Positions 50,601-59,600 of a DNA stretch of 64,000 nucleotides are shown here, piece after piece. How positions within the stretch are numbered: the first letter of the stretch is position 1; each line of letters opens with the position of its first letter. The stretch covers positions 25,978,001 through 26,042,000 of the forward strand of contig NC_092674.1 in the NCBI RefSeq assembly GCF_964355755.1, in the 5' to 3' direction. Origin of the DNA: Antedon mediterranea. Taxonomy: Eukaryota; Animalia; Echinodermata. Below the pieces are notes generated by a model. That model made no database searches, was not told the DNA's origin, and saw only the letters and a program-made list of their open reading frames with translations. Position numbers and translations under genes: made by a program.

Positions 50601-53600
50601 CGCCACCAAACATTTCATATATAATGTTCTACCTTCTTCCTCATCAAAATCGTCGTCTACGTATACAGGTTCGTGAACCGGTATCGTGTTATGATGCGGA
50701 TGCTCCGCCACGCTTGTTAATCCAGGTGCAAATGCTGTTAGAAGAGCAAGATTATTCAGAAAAGAAAAACAAAGAAATTAATTTCATATTAAAGAGCTGA
50801 AATTTGTTGCAGAAAAAGAGTCATATTATTAGTTTAGAACAATTAAATTTAATTAAACTTGTTTACATTTAGATCAAGAATAACATATCATTTCTGATTC
50901 TTAGTATGTGTAATAATCAAATACAGTAACATCTCAATGCAAATGCTCTATCTCATACCTTTCGTTCAATTCACAGGAAATTTCCCCTAAAGGCCAATTT
51001 ACACAGACCACCGGTAACAGTAAGCGGAAAAAAAAAATATAGAATCTATTTAATTTCTATGACAATTTTCACAAAACGCAGAGTGGTTGAGATACACATT
51101 CTATGTGTGAAAATCTCCATGGTTTTCTGCTTACCATTATCTGTGAAAATTGGCCTTTAATAGGGAATTCCCAAAGAAGGTGTTCTATTGTTATGTGTTT
51201 GTTCAGACAAAAGCATGTTGCGGTTGAGAGATGTAACTGTATACAGTATAGTCTACTCTCCCAATATCAGGCTTTTCTTGAGGCCCGAACAGTACCAAAT
51301 TCATGTTTACCATTAGAAACACATTCCGAATACCAGACTTTCCAGAAAATCTGACATATTGGGCCAGCCCAAAGGTGTCCGGTATTGAGAGAGTTGACTG
51401 TATTAAGCATTTTAACAAGTCCATGCTAAAGCCAAGCATTAAGTCCATGCTGAAGCCAAGCAATGGGTGTGAGTAGTAACAAGCATACATAAATCTAGAA
51501 AGATCACTGCACTGCATTGAAAAGAAATATCGACAAATTTAATCATTTAAATATCATCATTATGTCAATAAATATAAAAGTAAAATATCATTCTGTAAAC
51601 ATGATTATTCAACAGATTAAAATATTTAACGTCAAACACTAACAATTCTACCACAAATTGGAAAGACTCAGTGATAAAAACAAAAAGAAGTTGTAATTTT
51701 AAAAAAACAAATTCTAAAAAAAAACAAATTCAACATTCATATAAAATTAAAATTTTGAAAACTATTTGAAATGATATATACAGAAGAATGCATGATTTTA
51801 TTTGAATTTTGATTTGAATTTATTACAACATAAATTACTGACATTACAAATAATACATTTATAAAAGATTTTGGAGGATAGACCAAAAAGCTTATTAGCT
51901 TATTTCCATTGGGATCCTTAAGTTTGGATTTAATCAATGTAAATGAGTAAGAAATTAGTTTTAATAAAATAATTGGAAATTATTTAATAGTCCCTCCTCT
52001 CCCTCTCTTACACCCCAATACCTTACCCTAATCTCGCTGGACACAAGATGCACTTGTACAAAATAAAAAACTCATCAAACCATGCTATAACGACAAACAA
52101 GAAATCAAGACGTGTCAATCAATCGGGCGTGAAAATCATCAATAATCAATGCGCAACGAGCGATGACCGACCATGCACGACCAAACTTACCCAGTGCAAG
52201 CTTTTGCAAGTCGGACAAGCTAAGTCCTTCGCCGCCGTTATCAAAAGCTGAGAAATTCTGAACACGAGAACCGAAACTATACCTTCGAACATCACCTGTA
52301 TGGTTAAACATGCAGATGAGGTATTTACATGATTATGAATATGTATACATTTAAATGAGTTAGAACACTTTAGTACTGAATGAACCTGTTATTCTGTTTA
52401 CTTAAAAAAGGGGACAAATCAATTATGCACAGTTAGTTGATTAATCATCAAGTCACTTGGAGGAATTTTCACTTAATCAATTGAAATATTTTTATGTCTT
52501 GTAATATTGTATTTTTGTGAGGGTCCCTAATGATCAGCTTTGACTGGATGGACCAAAATATTGTTGAAAAATAAATAAATACATTTTTGGGTCCCAAAGA
52601 TGTCCCTTTAATAGGAGGTCTACCATACTTAAAAACACAACCGGATATTTTGGCCAGCCCAAGGGTGCTCAATTTTGGGTTTTAAAAGTTGTTCTTGGAT
52701 TTGTAACTTACTATGCTAATATAAAAATTTAAAAAACAATTTAAACTAAAGGAAATCCAGTTTGATTGTTAAAAAAAATTTCTGTCAAGTCAGATGATAA
52801 ATAATCTGAAGACAACTTAACCACTGATTAAAAAAAAATAAGGAAATGAAATTCTTTAAAATACACAAACCAACAGTGGTGTTGGTAGTCTATGAGTGCC
52901 GCTTACCTGGATAAACCAACATAAGCCTCTCTCTCCGACGAGAGGTAAACATTACGAAAAGAAGAACATTAATAACATTAATTTTTCCCCACCCCCGTCG
53001 GATAATGGATCAGTCCGCCACCAGTACGCCCTCAAGTGAGACACACCCACTTATCATCGTCATCATTTCTCAAGACCACCTGCCTGAGGGGACGGTAGGG
53101 AGGGCGTTTATCCAGGTAAGCGGCACTCATAGACTACCAACACCACTGTTGGTTTGTGTAGTCTATATCGTGCCTAGCTTACCTGGATAAACCAACATAA
53201 GCCAGTGTAGCACCGGACTAGAGTCTAGTCGGAGGCGGGAGGCAAGGTAAACATTGTCATACATACCTAGTGTCTGGGCTTCAAGATTGAAGCTGCCACC
53301 GTAGACTGGTTTGCGGAGGTATCCGACAGGTAGTGGGATGTGAAGGTGGACTGTGATCGCCACCATGCCGCTTGCAGGATGTCTGGAAGGGGCACCCCAG
53401 CAAACAGCGCCCATGAAGCGGCTATGCCACGCACTTGGTGCATATGTGCCGGAGGAGGCGTATTTGTGGAGTCGTAACCAGCCCGGATGGCTGCCACGAC
53501 CCAGTTTGCCAGCGTCGACCGAGCAGCCGGTCGGAAGGGTGCAACTGTCGATATGAACAGATGTGACGCTGAGACCCGAATGGACTCTGTGCGTTTGATG

Positions 53601-56600
53601 TAAAACTTTAGTGCCCGCACCGGGCACCAAAGTCTGTCTTCCTCAACCCCTGAATATGCAGCAATGGTGGGAATAAACACAGTCGGCGGCGAGAAGTTCA
53701 ATGTCTGAGATTTTGCAAGGAAATCTTTTCTAAAAACCAACCGCGCGCCACCCCGTTCAAACCTGATGTGCCCTGGCTCCAGAGAAAGAGCATGCAGTTC
53801 ACCTCTGCGCTTGCACGAGGCTAGTGCAATCAAAAAGGCAGTTTTGAGAGTCAGGTTGTAAAGTGATGCCCTACTCAGGGGCTCGAAGGGTGGACGCATA
53901 AGAGCGGCTAGGACGACATTGACGTCCCAACGTGGAATCAGGGCCTTAGTAGGAGGCCGTTCTCGAAACATCCCGCGAAGCAAACTGGAAATTGCAGGGG
54001 ATGAAGAGATGGTCGAGCCGTCTTTAAAATTCGGAATTACTGCAGCCAAGGCAGACCGATAGCCGGATACGGTGCGAACCTGCAGACCTGACTCAAACAG
54101 GTAATGTAGGAAAGCGCAGACCTGGCCCAAAGTCACTTTCATAGGGTCGGTCTTCTGGCGCTTGCACCATTCGAAAAAGTGTTTTAATCGGCTATTGTAG
54201 ACAGCAAGAGTGGATTCCCGTCGGGATTTCGCCGCGAGGGCGGCCGGACCATCTGGAATGCCTGAGTCTCTGAAACGATCCCTGACAATGGCCATACAGT
54301 CAGGTCGAGGGATATGAGGTTCGGTAGAGCAAACCGAGCTCGGCCCTGCGTCAGCAAGTCGTTCCGAATCGGAAGACGTAACGGCTGATCGTACAGAAGG
54401 CCTAGAAGCAGTGGAAACCACGGCTGCCTGGGCCAATACGGCGCTATTAGTAGGACTCGGCATTGATGGCGCTGAATGTGCGTCAGGACCAGTGGCAGTA
54501 TTGAAATCGGTGGAAAGGCATATGCCCAAAGGTTGTCCCATGGTATGGACAGGGCATCCACCGCCCACGCATGTGCATCCCGATATCGACTGCAGAACGT
54601 CGGGAGCTGCGTGTTGCCTGACGTCGCAAACAGATCTACATGGGGCCGCCCAAAGTGGTTGAAGATTTGGGTGGCGATTATTGGAAGGAGACGCCATTCC
54701 GTAGGACGTAGAAGTGGACGGGACAGTGCGTCCGCCACTATGTTCAGACGACCCGCAATGTGGGCCGCTGACAGTTGGATGTTGTGTCTTATACACCACA
54801 TTAGCAACGTCCACGTGTGGCAACATAGCGTGGGGGACCGTGTACCCCCTTGCCTGTTTATGTATGCCACGACGGTTGTGTTGTCGGAATTGACGAGAAC
54901 ATGGCGATTCGCCAGATGGGGAAGAAGAGCCTCCAACGAGCGCTCGACTGCCCAAAGTTCGAGCAGGTTGATGTGGGCGCGCGTCTCCTCGGGCGACCAG
55001 AGGCCGGAGACGCGAATGTCCGGAGACGGTATGTGACCGCCCCAGCCTACCTCGGATGCGTCCGTTTCCACACGGACATCCGGAATTGACCTTTGTATAG
55101 GTGTGCCCACAAGTAACCTGTCTTCCACGAGCCACCATTCGAGATGCGAGATAATGAACGCATTCGTTGGAACCACTTTGTGTAGAGAGTCCGATCTTGG
55201 GCGGTATGCTGCCAGAAGGTGCAGATGTAGAGGCCGCATCCTTAACCGGCAGAACGGAACGAGGGCGACGAAGCTGGCCAGTGACCCCAAGGTGCGTAGC
55301 CAGTCGTACGCCGTCGGAGCCTGAGCATTGATAAGATGCAGCACTGCAGTTCTTGCCTTGGCCACACGCTCGATGGATGGGCACGCACGGCCCGTAACCA
55401 AATTTATTTGGGCTCCGAGATACAGAGGGTTCTGAGAAGGGAGAAGACATGACTTCTCCTCGTTTATTATGAACCCTGCTTGTTCCGTCACGAGGCGGAC
55501 AAAAGATAAGCTGCTCAGCAGCTGGTCCCTGGACTGGGCCACGATCAACCAATCGTCTAAGTACATGAAAACTCTGATGCCGTGTTGATGAAAGAACGCC
55601 GCCAGGGTTCTCACTAGACGAGTAAACACTCGTGGGGCCGTTGAGAGGCCGAACGGCAGAGCTACGAATTGGTATACCTGATCGTGAATGCGGAAGCGCA
55701 GCCAACTCTGGTGTTCTTGCGCAATAGGCACGTGAAAGTACGCGTCTTTCAAGTCTATTGTGGCTGCCCAGTCCCCTCGTCTTAGCCCCAACAGGATAGA
55801 TGAGACAGTCTCCATCCTGAACCTGCGGGGCCGGATGTACCGCTTGTTCAGACTTTTGAGGTTTAGGATGGGTCGCCAATCGCCCGATTTTTTCTGGGCG
55901 AGGAAAACGGTGGATTCGTGTCCCGGGATCGTAAGTTGTTCTTTTTGAACATGCACCACAGCTCCTTTCTGGAGCAGTGCTTCGAGGCCCGTCATGAGCG
56001 CTTGACTCTTTTCCGGCTCTGACGGAATCCTCGTGTGCCGGGCACCTCCGCTCACCGGAGGGCTCGAGAATTCGATACGATACCCGTGTGTCACGGTGGA
56101 GAGAACCCATCTGTCTGTGGTCAGGGTCTCCCAAACCCGTGAAAACCGTTTCAAGCGACCCCCCACCTGCCCGCCCTCGCTTGGAGGGACGGGCGTCCCC
56201 GGGCCGTCACCGGCGCTTCACATTATAATACCGGCGACCACTTCTGTTGGTGGCGCCTTTGCCACCCCTATTTCGCATTCCGCGAGGGGGGTGTGAAGCC
56301 TGTCTTGATGTAGAAGCCTGACTTTGCATAGGCTGAGCCGGTGGCGGCGGGGGAGGCTGCATCTGCTGAGGAGCAGCAGGGACAGGCGGCGGTCGTGCGG
56401 CTGTCCTTGAGCGTGAATTGCTAGCTCGGCGTTTTTGCGGGAAGCGCGCTCTTGTCTCCCGACGAGCTTCCCTCTCACGAGCCCATTTATCCTCCTTCTG
56501 TGAGAAGGAGCCAAAGAACAAGTCCTGCGCCCCGAAGGAGTCAGACGTAGTAAACCTACGGAAATCGGTCGGTGCGATGTCAGTTGCACCCAAGACGTTA

Positions 56601-59600
56601 ACGCGACGGGCCGCGGCCGCAGATAATGAGATCGTTGCCTGTTGATCAACAACCAGGCCCATGATCTGCTGTAGTAGAGCTATCACGTCCGAATCGCCCT
56701 GAGGCGGATGTTCTGGATCAGCCAGAAAGGATAGCAAGTACCCGGCCATAGAGGCGGCTCTAAGCGTCTCGCGTGCGGCCCTGTCGACGGACGTAAGGAC
56801 ATCCTCTGTCCGGGATTCCGAAGGCTTCAAAAAATTAGTCCTGGACGGGTCCAGGTTCTGGTCCTCACGGACCCGTTCCTTCGCTGCCTCCGGGACGCTC
56901 GGCGCCGCGATGTACAGTTCGAATTGTTTCTGCGGCACCGGAAAAGCCGATGACAGGCTATAAGGCATAGGCCTACGAATCTTGGACTCCTTAGCGATCA
57001 GCTCCACACGTTCCACAAGTTCTGGATCGAGAGGCGTAACCGGGCACGAAGATACCTTCTTAAAGGGCGTGCGTACGCCAAAAGTGGAAAACCGCTTAGA
57101 CGAAGGAGTATGCTTAGGCTCTCGATACGTGAAATCGACGCCGAGAAAGGACAGCACCGCGGGGACCGTCCGCATAACTAGCGCCTGCAGACCTTCCTCC
57201 CCTGGCCCGGCCTGCTCCCGTAAGCTATCTCTATCATCGTCAGAGAGCGAGGCCATCGTCCTGTCACTATCGTAATCCCTTTGCCGGACGGACGAACCAT
57301 CGAAAAACGAGGTCTGCTGTGGGCCAACATCAATGTATGGAATATGGGGAGGAGGTCTAATCTGAGAGGGTACCTCAGGCTCATCCCTCGGCAGAGCTCT
57401 CACAGCTGCAACAATGGCTTGCAGTAACCCCGGAGAAATCTCATTCACCCCCGGAACCGCAGAGGCCGCAGCCGGTGCAGGCATATCTGGAAGGCTAACT
57501 TCCGGCGCGACGGCAGGAGGGCCTGCCGTATCGGCGGTACCCACCTCCGGAGGTGGTACAGCTTCCGTGCGCTCCTTAGGCTTAGGGAGCGATTTGAACT
57601 TGGACGGTGTCCAGCGGACACAAACATCGCACGGCGACAACTCGGTACACGTGCGGCAATGTATGCACTCCAAGTGGCGGTCCCACTTCACGGTAGAGCG
57701 GGGACCCCTACATTTAACACACTCCTGCTTAGGCATGGTGATCTAACAGACCTACTTCTACCCACTAGCCTAACGAACAACAAAGATCTTCCAGTATTTC
57801 TATCCAGGTGAAACACACTGGATAACGGCTTACAACGCTAAATTTTAACTCCTGGCAACTAGCCAAGGGTAACGATTCTAAACGTATCCAACCACAAGAT
57901 AACGATCTACTACACTTAGCTTCGTTTTCTTGCTCTATTCTTCTCTTCCAGTCTACAGTATAAAAGTCTTTATCGCAAATTCCTCAGGAATTCCAGGAAT
58001 GTGTTCAGAAAAAGACGTACGTACACAACGACGTTACGAAAAGAAATGATGACGATGATAAGTGGGTGTGTCTCACTTGAGGGCGTACTGGTGGCGGACT
58101 GATCCATTATCCGACGGGGGTGGGGAAAAATTAATGTTATTAATGTTCTTCTTTTCGTAATGTTTACCTCTCGTCGGAGAGAGAGGCTTATGTTGGTTTA
58201 TCCAGGTAAGCTAGGCACGATATAGACTGAAGGAAATAATTAGGATTATTAATGCCATTGGAAGTTAAACATCCTGTGTTTTATCGTGAACTCTGTTTTT
58301 TTAGAAAATTTATTGTAATTCATTGAGTGTAAAACTGTTGATTTCTGTATGACATTTAACATTAAACGGACTAAAATAAAGATTTTATGCCTTGGCAAAA
58401 ATTAAAAGTGCTAAATTATTTGAATTAGGACCACAAAAATTAAGGGCTTTTAAAATGACTTGCATGAGTGGGACATTTTTAGGACCCAACAAAGTATCCC
58501 TTTAGTGGTTGATCATAGTGTAAATAAACAATACACTTCCCTTTGTTCTGTCATATGAAAATGTCCTATTAATAAGGTTTATCGCAAATACCTCGATTTC
58601 GCGAGAAACGTCATTGCACAATGCATGATGGGAAGGGTTTGGGAGCAATAGAGCCACCGTATAATACAAACTTTATATACTGGTAATGGTGGCGTATTGC
58701 TCCCAAACCCTTCCCATTATGGATCGGTCACGCAATTTGCAATAAACCAGGGGTGTCCTCTTAATAGGGTGTCCCCTAAAGAGGGTGTAAACAATGCTAT
58801 TTTCTAATGTCATGGTCTCTCAATTTACAAATTAGTTTATTTAAAATTGTATCAAGTTAGTAACAGGTATGGGTGATTAAGATTTCCTAAATGTTTAGTC
58901 GGAAATGGGTGATAGCAAATACTAAGTACTTTGTACAAGCCCAAAATTAAAAGTAAAAATAAAATGAACAATTTCAAACTTCAGCAAATAATAAAGTAAA
59001 TTATTTTTTTGTTTGAAGGCCAACATTATTCCAAAATATGGCTATTAGTGTACACTAACAGTTAAAATAACATTTTAAATTTTGAACTTGAACAAATAAA
59101 AAATTACAAATTTACAATTTTAATTAAATTTGGAAATATAGTAAATAAAAATTTTAATCCATTTCCATAATAATACTTCAATAATGTTAGCCTTGGGAGT
59201 TTCAATGAATCGTATAATTACAGATTTGCATGAGCCATTAAATATCGCTTTATCAAACACGATCATAATTAACGTAAATTGGTAATTTGTCCGCTACAGA
59301 AGCTAGATAATTACCAGACAAGTGGTGTAACAAGTGTGAAAATATTATACACATAAACGAGTACTAAATACAGTAATTGATTATGTAAAAACAAAGCACA
59401 CACCCCATGTCTGACATTAGTGGGAGAAGTCTTTCTTAAAGATGTATTGTCACCGTGAAAAATAATTTTTACAATTTTTTTGGTTGAATATGCCATTTTA
59501 AATTAATGTCCTATAATAGTTATCCACTTTGACCAAAAATTTGATTAAAAAAAAAATTATTTATCTGAAAAACTATAATTTAAAGCAAAAAATAGTTGAA

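Larger units (their letters stand above)
52862..58228 (-). mobile_element. Full-length DIRS1-type tyrosine-recombinase retrotransposon (5367 bp) in a SLAIN intron
   Basis: Identical 170-bp inverted terminal repeats at 52901-53070 and 58042-58211. ICR 53106-53203 is complementary to both outer ends (52862-52916 and 58185-58228). Intact gag, RT/RH/MT and YR ORFs, no TSD, and a sharp GC-rich block in an AT-rich host. Confidence 0.97.

Noticed and set aside
53005-57746. Many plus-strand and short alternative-frame ORFs in the DIRS element
   Set aside because: Expected shadows of GC-rich coding sequence; no recognisable domains.
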